From a virus (taxonomy: Duplodnaviria; Caudoviricetes), in the IMG/VR virus record IMGVR_UViG_3300005837_000196, positions 65 through 64,064 of that record: a DNA stretch of 64,000 nucleotides; one strand, written 5' to 3'. Below the pieces are notes generated by a model. It was given only the letters and a program-made list of their open reading frames with translations, made no database searches and was not told the DNA's origin. The position numbers and the translations under genes are program-made. Positions 18,130 through 26,673 of this stretch are shown here, piece after piece. How positions within the stretch are numbered: position 1 is the first letter of the stretch; every line of letters starts with the position of its first letter.

Positions 18130-18473
18130 ACATGTACGAAAAACTAGCAACACTACTAGGTGTAGCGCAAATAACCGACGACTACAGAGGAACTCCTGAC
18201 CTTGAAATCAGTGAGTGGCATACAGCTGATAGCTATGACATTCACGTCATGACTAATGACTCTCGAAATATACAATTTGATTATGATGTATTTTATTATA
18301 CACCAAGCTTCAATCAAATTATTGATCGCATTAAAGAATTACAAGATGAAGACGCTACAGTGTATGTATCTGACTTTGAAACATATTTACCAGAGTATGA
18401 AGTAGATGATTATATTAACGAACACGAAGAAGATTTATTAGAACAATTAAATGTAGAAAATTATGACAACTAA
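18126..18473 (+). CDS. Early acidic hypothetical protein
   Basis: 115 aa, D/E-rich. Confidence 0.6.
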   Translation: MNMYEKLATLLGVAQITDDYRGTPDLEISEWHTADSYDIHVMTNDSRNIQFDYDVFYYTPSFNQIIDRIKELQDEDATVYVSDFETYLPEYEVDDYINEHEEDLLEQLNVENYDN

Positions 18474-18627
18474 AAAAGAAATGCCTTACGATTTTTGGAA
18501 CCACGGTATAAATCCTATACTAGGTTATAAATATGAAAGACCAGTAATGGTGGGTAAACACAAACGAGATAAGTTTGAATATGACCCTGAAGACGATTAC
18601 AAACCTAGCACGGAGGATAACGGATAA
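18463..18627 (+). CDS. Early micro-ORF (54 aa)
   Basis: MTTKKEMPYDFWNHGINPILGY...; ends inside promoter 7. Confidence 0.5.
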   Translation: MTTKKEMPYDFWNHGINPILGYKYERPVMVGKHKRDKFEYDPEDDYKPSTEDNG

Positions 18628-18630
18628 TAA
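18597..18630 (+). promoter_or_regulatory. Early promoter motif copy 7 (AGCACG variant)
   Basis: TTACA aacct AGCACG gaggataac GGATAATAA. Confidence 0.75.
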
Positions 18631-18662
18631 TAACGAACAACAAACAATTAAAATTAAATATT

Positions 18663-18893
18663 ATGAACACACAATTACAAAATTACTTAGACGTACAAAA
18701 CAAAGTACAACGCATTGAAAAATTAACCAATGCCGACTGGGATACAAGATACATGCTTGAAAAGTTTGTACCAACTGTATGGAATGACGGCTTTGATGTT
18801 GATGACATCATTGACTACCTAACAGTAAAGCTTCACGACGTAATCAATAGGCTTGAAGATGAAAAAGAAATAGTAACAACAAACACTAAATAA
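18663..18893 (+). CDS. Early hypothetical protein
   Basis: 76 aa; follows promoter 7. Confidence 0.6.
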   Translation: MNTQLQNYLDVQNKVQRIEKLTNADWDTRYMLEKFVPTVWNDGFDVDDIIDYLTVKLHDVINRLEDEKEIVTTNTK

Positions 18894-18894
18894 T

Positions 18895-19041
18895 ATGGCA
18901 GGTAATAAATTTGACACACAGTTTGCTATACACAAACCAAAGTTTTATAGCTTAACGTTCAAAGATCTATACAACGAAGAACGTATAATGACTGGTACAC
19001 CAAGTCAAGTTATAAACTACATACTAAACCAACAACTATAA
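18895..19041 (+). CDS. Early micro-ORF (48 aa)
   Basis: MAGNKFDTQFAIHKPKFYSL...; coupled to the previous ORF. Confidence 0.5.
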   Translation: MAGNKFDTQFAIHKPKFYSLTFKDLYNEERIMTGTPSQVINYILNQQL

Positions 19042-19049
19042 CAACAATA

Positions 19050-19290
19050 CTTTGTGTGTTTGTGAAGTTAAGTAGAGCAGCCATGAACAAATACCAGACA
19101 TTTTCTGGGGCGGCTTTGCTTAGCTAACAATATTAACGGCACCGAGGGATTGCTGACGAGCGATATATACTAGTTAGAAATACAGGTCATGATCTGTGCC
19201 CTCGGCTATTATAATAGCGGGTCAAAAAACCGGCGTACCGACGCGTAGGTAAATAAAACCGATCGGTGAGACCCGTTATCTTTTTTAACT
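19050..19290 (+). ncRNA. Candidate structured non-coding RNA/attenuator
   Basis: GC-rich intergenic island with several nested stems (19076-19115; 19142-19205; 19214-19279) followed by a T6 run. Confidence 0.5.
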
Positions 19291-19304
19291 TTAAATTAAA
19301 TACT

Positions 19305-19565
19305 ATGACAAATCCAATCGACGATCGAATTGAGGCAAAGCTAATATCTAAAATAGCACATTATAGATTAAGCGTACGCACTCAATTTAGAAACAGACAC
19401 CACACTACTTGGCCTGAACTATCTTATAAATTAGTCATGGGTGACGTTAGCAATCTAAGAGTATGGCTACGTATGGCCGAACTAATTGATGAAGCTAAAG
19501 CAGGTATAGACATCCCATCTGTAACACCATATACAACATATATGGCTAAAGAATTAACACAATGA
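19305..19565 (+). CDS. Hypothetical protein (start corrected to MTNPIDD)
   Basis: ATG after an A/T-rich leader, downstream of the structured region. Confidence 0.55.
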   Translation: MTNPIDDRIEAKLISKIAHYRLSVRTQFRNRHHTTWPELSYKLVMGDVSNLRVWLRMAELIDEAKAGIDIPSVTPYTTYMAKELTQ

Positions 19566-19693
19566 AAACAAAAATTCAAACAACAATAAATAATCAGTAT
19601 AGAGTTCTTTGGCAAAAAGATAAAATATTTGCTGGCTATAAAGACTTTAATACAGAAAAAGAAGCGTTAAACTATATTAAACAATTATCATGA
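19562..19693 (+). CDS. Micro-ORF (43 aa)
   Basis: MKTKIQTTINNQYRVLWQ...FNTEKEALNYI; ATGA-coupled. Confidence 0.5.
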   Translation: MKTKIQTTINNQYRVLWQKDKIFAGYKDFNTEKEALNYIKQLS

Positions 19694-19827
19694 TTATAGA
19701 CGTAAGATCAGAAAGCTCTGTATTTATAACTATAGGTACTGAAACATATTATATAGACAACTCAACTGGTGAACATTTAATGGAACACTGGCAAACCGAT
19801 CCTGAATATACTAAACCTTTATACTAA
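19690..19827 (+). CDS. Micro-ORF (45 aa)
   Basis: MIIDVRSESSVFITIG...YYIDNSTGE; coupled on both sides. Confidence 0.5.
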   Translation: MIIDVRSESSVFITIGTETYYIDNSTGEHLMEHWQTDPEYTKPLY

Positions 19828-20030
19828 TGACAAAACAAGAAATGCTACAATATATGCAAGACAAGAAAAAACGTAATGCAGAAAAATGGAAAAAAGAAAC
19901 TGCTATACACGGCCATTGTAAACCATTTACCGACGACGACTATCACAAAAATTCAGATATAATATTCAACGGTAAAAAATTACACAAAACAAAATTCACT
20001 CATAACTCAATATATAAATTTACAAGATAA
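19827..20030 (+). CDS. Hypothetical protein
   Basis: 67 aa, TAATG-coupled. Confidence 0.55.
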   Translation: MTKQEMLQYMQDKKKRNAEKWKKETAIHGHCKPFTDDDYHKNSDIIFNGKKLHKTKFTHNSIYKFTR

Positions 20031-20053
20031 ACACGAATAATTATGGATAATAC
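20020..20053 (+). promoter_or_regulatory. Early promoter motif copy 8
   Basis: TTACA agata AACACG aataattat GGATAATAC. Confidence 0.75.
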
Positions 20054-20462
20054 AAAAGAACAAAAAAAAACAGCTAAGCCACACAAAGTATTAAATATGG
20101 TTCAAAAAGAATTAGAAATAGATGACATTGGAGTTAAATCACGATCACGTGAATTATCACAAGCTCGTTTTATATACTTTAAATTAGCTAAAAAGTATTG
20201 TAGATACGCAAGCTTATCTAAGATTGGCAGTGTAGTTAATAGAGACCATGCAACAGTAATTAATGGATTAAAAAGATTTGATGACGAAGCTAGATATGAT
20301 CCATATATGCATGACGTATATGACACTATTGCTAAACATCTTGATATATATTATGTTAAGCCTGGCCGTGAAGAAAATGTAGATTTTACTTTTGATAAAT
20401 TATTAGATAAAGTAAATGAATTAGAAATTAAAATAAATAAATTAGAACAATGGAAAAGTTAA
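20043..20462 (+). CDS. DnaA C-terminal (domain IV)-like HTH protein
   Basis: KSRSRELSQARFIYFKLAK...SLSKIGSVVNRDHATVINGLK matches the DnaA domain IV signature (RDHxTV); the start may be 20097 because the annotated ATG lies inside promoter 8. Confidence 0.75.
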   Translation: MDNTKEQKKTAKPHKVLNMVQKELEIDDIGVKSRSRELSQARFIYFKLAKKYCRYASLSKIGSVVNRDHATVINGLKRFDDEARYDPYMHDVYDTIAKHLDIYYVKPGREENVDFTFDKLLDKVNELEIKINKLEQWKS

Positions 20463-20677
20463 AAAGCGAAACAATAGAAGTAAATTCAAAAGCAATTAAA
20501 CGTGCTAAATATAACTATCGTAAAAAAATATTAAGAATTACATTTCAAAACAATAGTTCTTATGATTATCACAACGTACCATCATTTACATTTGAAGGTA
20601 TGCGTCAATCTAAATCTATCGGTGGTTTTATAAATAGATACATATTAAAAACATTTGATTTCTCTTATGCTGAATAA
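20450..20677 (+). CDS. KTSC-domain protein
   Basis: SKAIKRAKYN...LRITFQNNSSYDYHNVP...SKSIGGFINRYI. Confidence 0.8.
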   Translation: MEKLKSETIEVNSKAIKRAKYNYRKKILRITFQNNSSYDYHNVPSFTFEGMRQSKSIGGFINRYILKTFDFSYAE

Positions 20678-20849
20678 TATACCTGAAACCGCAACAACTA
20701 TCTGGAAGTTTGTACATAACTTAAATATTATAGACTTTAACAATAAAGTTTTATCAGATGATGATGCTACAGCAATTCATGAAATCATGCAAGCTGCTGA
20801 TAGTCTTATTAATATGAAACCAGAGATATATAAATTCTTAAATAAATAA
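20655..20849 (+). CDS. Hypothetical protein
   Basis: 64-aa ORF; true start may be slightly downstream. Confidence 0.5.
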   Translation: MISLMLNNIPETATTIWKFVHNLNIIDFNNKVLSDDDATAIHEIMQAADSLINMKPEIYKFLNK

Positions 20850-20867
20850 AAAACAAAGTAATATAAT

Positions 20868-21149
20868 ATGAACCTAAGCGACGAAGAACTACAGAAAATA
20901 GCTGATATACTATTTGACAAACTTGTCAAGCACCAAGGATCTTACGAAAAAGACACTATGCAGTATATGGTTTATGATGACTTTGGCAATTCAAAAGTTG
21001 TATCTGAAAATGAATTTTATTTAAATGAAATTGAAAGATTATCTGAATTAGAAAATAGATATGCGCAAGATGAAGAATACGAGAAGGCTGACATCATAAG
21101 AAATAAAATTAAGAAGATTAAATTAAAGTTAAACAAACTAGATTTTTAA
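20868..21149 (+). CDS. Hypothetical protein with C-terminal UVR-like helical hairpin
   Basis: YAQDEEYEKADIIRNKI resembles the UvrB/UvrC motif; preceded by GTAATATAAT (20858-20867). Confidence 0.55.
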   Translation: MNLSDEELQKIADILFDKLVKHQGSYEKDTMQYMVYDDFGNSKVVSENEFYLNEIERLSELENRYAQDEEYEKADIIRNKIKKIKLKLNKLDF

Positions 21150-21301
21150 TGAATAAGTTAATTATAGATTGCCCCGTAAATGGGTATAAAGAATACTTAA
21201 TTCAAGATCGTGTTGCTATACACGTGCAAGAAAAAGCAATTCAAGATATTTTAAAATACTTTCACCCTCAAGCAGGCGTAGATATAATAAATTTATTTTA
21301 A
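21149..21301 (+). CDS. Micro-ORF (50 aa)
   Basis: MNKLIIDCPVNGYKEYLIQ...; TAATG-coupled. Confidence 0.45.
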   Translation: MNKLIIDCPVNGYKEYLIQDRVAIHVQEKAIQDILKYFHPQAGVDIINLF

Positions 21302-21390
21302 TATGAGTTACAGATTATATAATCACTTGATGCTTTCAAATTATCGAAAGTTATCGTATAAAGTGAAAAGTTTAACCAAAGCAAACAATT

Positions 21391-21594
21391 ATGATAAATC
21401 TAAAAAACAAAAAGACCAGGCACGTTAATTATGTAAGGGATCATATGATACACCTACACAATAAGTTAACTAGTGAGGCTAAAAGTTTAGATGAATTAAA
21501 AGGCAAACAGTTAAAAGTAAAAGTATCGGAGATACAATCTATTTCCAAAAGATTAAAACAATGTAAAAAATATTTAAATTTAGTATTATTATGA
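21391..21594 (+). CDS. Basic coiled-coil hypothetical protein
   Basis: 67-aa ORF. Confidence 0.5.
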   Translation: MINLKNKKTRHVNYVRDHMIHLHNKLTSEAKSLDELKGKQLKVKVSEIQSISKRLKQCKKYLNLVLL

Positions 21595-21701
21595 GCAGAA
21601 CAAAAGAACTATTATTAAATATAACTCCTGATGAATTGAAGGATTTAGAAATCCTTTATGAAGTCATCGGACCAGAGTGTGACGATAGCAAGTTAATATA
21701 A
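21591..21701 (+). CDS. Micro-ORF (36 aa)
   Basis: MSRTKELLLNITPDEL...; ATGA-coupled. Confidence 0.4.
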   Translation: MSRTKELLLNITPDELKDLEILYEVIGPECDDSKLI

Positions 21702-21725
21702 ATATAGTAACAGGCTAATGTCGCA
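21678..21725. repeat. Inverted-repeat element B: TGTGACGATAGC-24 nt AT-rich-GCTAATGTCGCA
   Basis: Right arm is a 13-bp exact inverted copy of the left arm of element A (TGCGACATTAGCC); overlaps the ATG of 21718..22335. Confidence 0.7.
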
Positions 21726-22335
21726 TAGAAAACTCGATTATCTTACTCGAAGACGCATAGTATACCGGCGTAACCCTATAACTGACACCCCTTCTGTATC
21801 TTATGGCTGGGGTGATTTTTATGAGGAGGGTACGTATGAATGTTATGCGCTATTCAGAAGTAAAGCTAAAATAACAACATATAGGTCATTTAAATGGCAT
21901 CTATTAGTGTTGTGGTATTTAAATCCACAATTAACTTATGATGAAATTACAGACCTAACACGATACATAGCGGATAAAGATAATGGGTTTATAACAATAT
22001 CTCTTTCAGATGCAGCAATTAAAAACATAGTTAATGAAGTATTTGAAATGGATTTAGAAGAACCACCTAAGAATAAATTAAGAAAAATAATATTTAAAGA
22101 CCACTCAGGATTAACAACTTCACAGAAGTTAAGTATAGCTGGAACGCTTATAGGCCGAAAAAAATTAGCAGATGCTGATGATATATACGAAACAATGTTA
22201 TATCTTCACGAAGATGCTAAAAAAATAACTATAGCAAAGATAGCTCAGATTCTTAAAGTATCTACTCGAACGATATATAGGAATATAACAACTGAGATTA
22301 AACGGGAAAAAGTATTATTAAATGAAGAGATATAA
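21718..22335 (+). CDS. DNA-binding protein with C-terminal HTH (Rep/regulator-like)
   Basis: C-terminal KKITIAKIAQILKVSTRTIYRNI is a clear HTH; the helical middle resembles a primase C-terminal-like domain (inference). Confidence 0.65.
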   Translation: MSHRKLDYLTRRRIVYRRNPITDTPSVSYGWGDFYEEGTYECYALFRSKAKITTYRSFKWHLLVLWYLNPQLTYDEITDLTRYIADKDNGFITISLSDAAIKNIVNEVFEMDLEEPPKNKLRKIIFKDHSGLTTSQKLSIAGTLIGRKKLADADDIYETMLYLHEDAKKITIAKIAQILKVSTRTIYRNITTEIKREKVLLNEEI

Positions 22336-23065
22336 TGTACAAAATTATGTTAGGTACCGACATGATATAGATTCTTACGGTGAAGAACCAGACACAGGTG
22401 ATAAAAGACAAGATATAATAATAGCAAATATGTCCTTAGTAGAAAACATAGCACGTAAATTTTCAACAATGCAACAAGCATCTGGCGTGTTAACTATTAA
22501 TGATTTGATACAGGAGGGGTCAATAGGATTGATACATGCAGTGGATAAGATTGATTGGAATACGATAACCGATTCTACTGATCCTGAACGTACACTTAAA
22601 TCGTTTCTATCTAAACGTATTAAGGGGGCTATTAGAAGAGCTATAGACATCAACCGAGGCAATATTAGAATACCTGAGCATAAATTAAATGAAATGCGTA
22701 AGAATTCTGGTGAGGAACAAAAGATGGTTGAAATGTTTTTTAACAGTATATTTTCAAGTATAGATAATGTACCACCTGAAAACAATATGGTCTATGAGAT
22801 TGAAGACAAAACAAAAGAATATAATATAGATATTTTAAATAAATATTTATTAAGCATAATGGAAACTCATCTTAATATAAAAGAATATGATGTATTAAGA
22901 ATGAGTTATGGTTTAGACTGTGATAAAATGTCAGCTAAAGAAATTGCTGATAAATTAAATATTGATGGATCTGCAGCGTTTGTTAGAATATCACAAATAA
23001 AAAGAGACGCTATTAATAAATTAATTGAAACCACAGATCCTGAGCAGGTAGTAGACTTTTTATAA
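22322..23065 (+). CDS. Phage sigma-70 family RNA polymerase sigma factor
   Basis: Region 2 (ANMSLVENIARKF...DLIQEGSIGLIHAVDK...IKGAIRRAI...IRIPEH) and region 4 HTH (LNIKEYDVLRMSYGL...SAKEIADKL...RISQIK). Confidence 0.9.
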   Translation: MKRYNVQNYVRYRHDIDSYGEEPDTGDKRQDIIIANMSLVENIARKFSTMQQASGVLTINDLIQEGSIGLIHAVDKIDWNTITDSTDPERTLKSFLSKRIKGAIRRAIDINRGNIRIPEHKLNEMRKNSGEEQKMVEMFFNSIFSSIDNVPPENNMVYEIEDKTKEYNIDILNKYLLSIMETHLNIKEYDVLRMSYGLDCDKMSAKEIADKLNIDGSAAFVRISQIKRDAINKLIETTDPEQVVDFL

Positions 23066-23087
23066 ATTAATAATTAAATACAATTAA

Positions 23088-23633
23088 ATGACTATTCAAG
23101 AAAAATTAAGTTTAATACAACAAGAGTTTAAAGCAAAGAAATCACGCTATAACTCTTTTGGAAAGTATAACTTTAGATCAGCTGAGGATATACTTGAAGC
23201 ACTAAAACCAATTAATAAAAAATATAAAGTATATTTTACTATTAATGAAAGAATTAGTGAGATTGCCGGCGTACCTATTATTCATTCAGTGGCAGCTATG
23301 CACGATGGAGATCAGAAGATTGAAGTTGCCGCTATAGTAGGTGTAGATTTAAATCAAAAAGGTATGCAAGTACCTCAACAGTTTGGATCAGCATCTTCTT
23401 ATGGTAAGAAGTACGCTCTTGGCAATCTATTACTTATTGATGACACAGCAGATTCTGATGCAACTAATACGCATAACAAATCAACATCTAAGCCTAAATT
23501 AATTAAGGGCACAGATAATTGGACAAAAGCAATTAGTTTTGTAGAGTCAGGAGGAGCATTAAAAGCAATAATGAGTAAATATGAAGTGTCAAACGATGAC
23601 ATGTTAACACTAAAAGTTCATGGACCAAAATAA
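23088..23633 (+). CDS. erf: ERF-family single-strand annealing protein
   Basis: KYNFRSAEDILEALKP...QQFGSASSYGKKYALGNLLLIDDTADSD. Confidence 0.85.
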   Translation: MTIQEKLSLIQQEFKAKKSRYNSFGKYNFRSAEDILEALKPINKKYKVYFTINERISEIAGVPIIHSVAAMHDGDQKIEVAAIVGVDLNQKGMQVPQQFGSASSYGKKYALGNLLLIDDTADSDATNTHNKSTSKPKLIKGTDNWTKAISFVESGGALKAIMSKYEVSNDDMLTLKVHGPK

Positions 23634-24363
23634 AATAATTGAAAAGCTTAGAGATGATGAGCATTATTATGGTGATTTTGGAAAGAAATTTTTAAGCAAT
23701 TCAGATATTTCCGTATTATTAACTAATCCGTTAAACTTCAAAGAACCTTCCAAACCTATTCCCGCATTTTTAGTCGGTGGTTATTTTCACACTGCAATAC
23801 TTGAACCAGATAAACTGAAAAAGTATAAAGTTATTGAAGCAACTACTAGGAATACAAAGAAATATAAAGAAATTTCTGAAGGTGAGCTATGCTTATTACA
23901 ACACGAAGTTGACCGTATTGAATTAATGCGAGACAAGATGTTTCAAAATGAAATATGTAAACAATTTATACAAGGCAGCAATGATAAATCACAGATTGAA
24001 TATGAAGTGCCTGGTATAATTAAAATAAACGATAATTGGTGGAAAGGTAAAGCAGATATTGTAAATCATGACGAAAAGTTAATCATTGATTTAAAAACAA
24101 CAAATGATATTCAACGCTTTAAGTCAAGTGCCTACCGCTATAATTACGATAGTCAATCATATATATACAAAAAAATATTTGGTTATGATTTTTTATTTAT
24201 TGTTATAGATAAAAATACAAATCAAATTGGTATCTTTGATTGCTCAGATAAATTCTATGAGTCAGGATCTTTTAAAGTTGACAAAGCTGCTGAAGCATAT
24301 GATTTATTTTATAATACCGAGGGTTTTGACCCTAATCAATTTTTTATAACTAAAACACTTTAA
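23620..24363 (+). CDS. PD-(D/E)XK exonuclease (RecE-like partner of ERF)
   Basis: GGYFHTAILEP, KGKADIV, IIDLKTT, YDSQSYIY motifs. Confidence 0.8.
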   Translation: MDQNKIIEKLRDDEHYYGDFGKKFLSNSDISVLLTNPLNFKEPSKPIPAFLVGGYFHTAILEPDKLKKYKVIEATTRNTKKYKEISEGELCLLQHEVDRIELMRDKMFQNEICKQFIQGSNDKSQIEYEVPGIIKINDNWWKGKADIVNHDEKLIIDLKTTNDIQRFKSSAYRYNYDSQSYIYKKIFGYDFLFIVIDKNTNQIGIFDCSDKFYESGSFKVDKAAEAYDLFYNTEGFDPNQFFITKTL

Positions 24364-24366
24364 GCT

Positions 24367-24687
24367 ATGGCTGGAATTATTAAAACAAGTATTAATTTAA
24401 GTGCAATCCCTAAAGATAAAATTATCGAGGGAAAGAAAGGAAAGTATTTACCAATCACTATTACTGTAAATGATGAAGTAGATCAATTTGGTAATCAAGG
24501 ACCTGTTATTGTATCTCAAAGTAAAGAAGAAAGAGAGATGAAAACAGATAAGGTATACTTAGGTAACTCTCAAGTTGTTTGGACTAATGGACAATTTCCA
24601 TCTCCTCCACCTAGAGAAGGTCAATCACCTCAAGTTGCTTCTGCGCAAGCGCAATCAGTTGCACCAAGTGACGACTTACCATTTTAA
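24367..24687 (+). CDS. Putative single-stranded DNA-binding protein
   Basis: OB-fold-like N-terminus, P/Q-rich linker and a C-terminal DDLPF tail. Confidence 0.75.
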   Translation: MAGIIKTSINLSAIPKDKIIEGKKGKYLPITITVNDEVDQFGNQGPVIVSQSKEEREMKTDKVYLGNSQVVWTNGQFPSPPPREGQSPQVASAQAQSVAPSDDLPF

Positions 24688-24693
24688 TTAAAT

Positions 24694-26409
24694 ATGATTA
24701 GTAACACAGAGATCAATGGATTTTTGATTGACCAATTCAATCAACACGACCTAAAAGTTGGTAAACCACAGGGCATTTGTCCTATGTGTTCCCATGATAG
24801 GAAACCTGAAAATAGAAAGCAAAGTTGTGCTTCTTATGATTGGGAACGTGGTCTCGGTACTTGTCACAATTGTGATCAAACTTTTCAACTACATACATAT
24901 CAACGCAAAGGTGATTCAGATAAGGTTTACATAAGACCTGAAACTCCCGAGTTTATTGAGCCAGTAAAAAGTAAAGTAGAAGAATGGTTTAAATCAAGAG
25001 GTATATCAAAAGAAACTTTAAAGGCCCTCAAAGTAACTGAGGGTCAAGAGTTTATGCCACAGACAGGAAAAACCGAAAATGCTATACATTTCAATTACTT
25101 TGCTGGCAATCAGTTAGTTAACGTAAAATATAGAGATGGTAGAAAGAATTTTAAGCTTTATAAAGGAGCAGAAAAAATATTTTATAATATTGATAACATT
25201 GTTGGTTATGAATATTGTGTTATTGTGGAAGGTGAGATGGATGCTCTTAGTTTTTATGAAGCTGGCATACATAATGTCATTTCAGTCCCTAATGGAGCTA
25301 CTCTTAATTCCAATAATCTTGATTATCTCGATAATTGTATTGATTATTTTTCAGATAAAGAAAAGATAATTATAGGAGTTGATTCTGATGAAGCAGGTCA
25401 AGCATTACAATCTGAGTTAGTTAGAAGATTAGGTGCTGAAATTTGTTATTTAGCTTCATTTGAGGATTGTAAGGATGCAAATGAATATTTATTAAAACAT
25501 GGAAAAGAAAAACTGGCGGAGTGTATTAGTTCAGCAAGACCAGTACCACTTGAGAATGTTACTACGTTCAGGGATATTGAAAGTGAAATTACCGATTTTG
25601 TTAAGAATGGCTTTAAAAAAGGATACCAAATTGGCATACCTAATTTTGATGACATATTTTCAACATACACGGGTCAATTTATTACTGTCACTGGTATTCC
25701 TTCTTCCGGAAAAAGTGATTTCGTCGATCAAATGGTTGTCGGATATAATAACAACTATAGCTGGAAAACGGCATTTGCTTCGCCTGAAAATGCACCAACT
25801 TACTTACATGCTCATAAATTAATGCGTAAAGTTTGGCAAGATATGCCGAATAAAAGCCAAATTGGTTCTGATAAATGGAATCAAGTTGCAGATCATGTTA
25901 ATGATCATTTCTTTTTTATTGATATGGATAGATATACATTAGAATCTGTATTAAGAAAAGGAGCTGAGCTTGTAAAGCGTAAAGGAATTAAATGTTTAGT
26001 AATTGATCCTTTTAATAAGGTAAGAGATGTTGATTCAAAAACAGAAGATGTAAATAGATATACAATGGAGTATCTTACAAAAATTGAATCATTTGCTAAA
26101 AAGTATGATGTTTTAGTTATTGTAGTTGCTCACCCAACTAAAATGTATAAAGATGGAAATGGTAAAATTGAAGAGCCAACTATGTATAATATTAAAGGAG
26201 GTGGCGAGTGGTATGATGCTTCTTATCACGGCCTTCTTGTACACAGGGATTACGATAACAAAACGGTTAAAGCAAAAGTTCTTAAAGTAAAGTTTCAAAA
26301 CCTAGGAGAAAATGGGGCTGAGGCTCATTTTAAATGGGAACCAAGATCAGGTTGCTTTATTCCTCACGAGGTTGTTGATATGACCGCTGAACCAATGCCT
26401 TGGGATTAG
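24694..26409 (+). CDS. Bifunctional primase-helicase (T7 gp4/Twinkle-like)
   Basis: Zn finger CPMC...CHNC, TOPRIM VEGEMDALS/DSDEAG, Walker A GIPSSGKS, Walker B LVIDPF. Confidence 0.92.
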   Translation: MISNTEINGFLIDQFNQHDLKVGKPQGICPMCSHDRKPENRKQSCASYDWERGLGTCHNCDQTFQLHTYQRKGDSDKVYIRPETPEFIEPVKSKVEEWFKSRGISKETLKALKVTEGQEFMPQTGKTENAIHFNYFAGNQLVNVKYRDGRKNFKLYKGAEKIFYNIDNIVGYEYCVIVEGEMDALSFYEAGIHNVISVPNGATLNSNNLDYLDNCIDYFSDKEKIIIGVDSDEAGQALQSELVRRLGAEICYLASFEDCKDANEYLLKHGKEKLAECISSARPVPLENVTTFRDIESEITDFVKNGFKKGYQIGIPNFDDIFSTYTGQFITVTGIPSSGKSDFVDQMVVGYNNNYSWKTAFASPENAPTYLHAHKLMRKVWQDMPNKSQIGSDKWNQVADHVNDHFFFIDMDRYTLESVLRKGAELVKRKGIKCLVIDPFNKVRDVDSKTEDVNRYTMEYLTKIESFAKKYDVLVIVVAHPTKMYKDGNGKIEEPTMYNIKGGGEWYDASYHGLLVHRDYDNKTVKAKVLKVKFQNLGENGAEAHFKWEPRSGCFIPHEVVDMTAEPMPWD

Positions 26410-26673
26410 ATGGCTAAACCTAAGAATACTTGGATGCCTAAATACTTTCCTTCGGATGAAGAGACTAAATGGCGAGACTTTTGTAACAATAAAGGTATAA
26501 TAATATCTCCTATTGCTACAACGCAAGGACCAGATCCTAAAGAATGGCGAATAGGTATATCTTTTATGCCAGAATATAAAAAAATAAATTTAACTCCCAA
26601 TATATACATAGGTGATATTATATGGGAAGAAGTATATAAAATAATGAAATATTATTATGATAAATATAGATGA
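26410..26673 (+). CDS. Hypothetical protein
   Basis: 87-aa ORF between the primase-helicase and the ThyA homologue. Confidence 0.6.
   Translation: MAKPKNTWMPKYFPSDEETKWRDFCNNKGIIISPIATTQGPDPKEWRIGISFMPEYKKINLTPNIYIGDIIWEEVYKIMKYYYDKYR

Noticed and set aside
19153-19200. Hammerhead ribozyme (CTGACGA...GAAA)
   Set aside because: No G-C-closed stem II before GAAA and no UH cleavage triplet after stem III; CTGACGA is better explained as part of the TTGCT-GACG-AGCGA hairpin
19142-19279. tRNA genes (two 7-bp acceptor-like stems)
   Set aside because: No TTC T-loop, no proper anticodon arm and no D-loop GG
15155-20053. CRISPR array or integron attC sites suggested by the repeated motif
   Set aside because: Intervals vary from about 80 to 1400 bp and contain genes, the repeats are degenerate and non-palindromic, and no cas or integrase gene is present
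21303-21428. 41-aa ORF MSYRLYNHLMLSNYRK...
   Set aside because: Overlaps 21391..21594 substantially and has no supporting features; left unannotated
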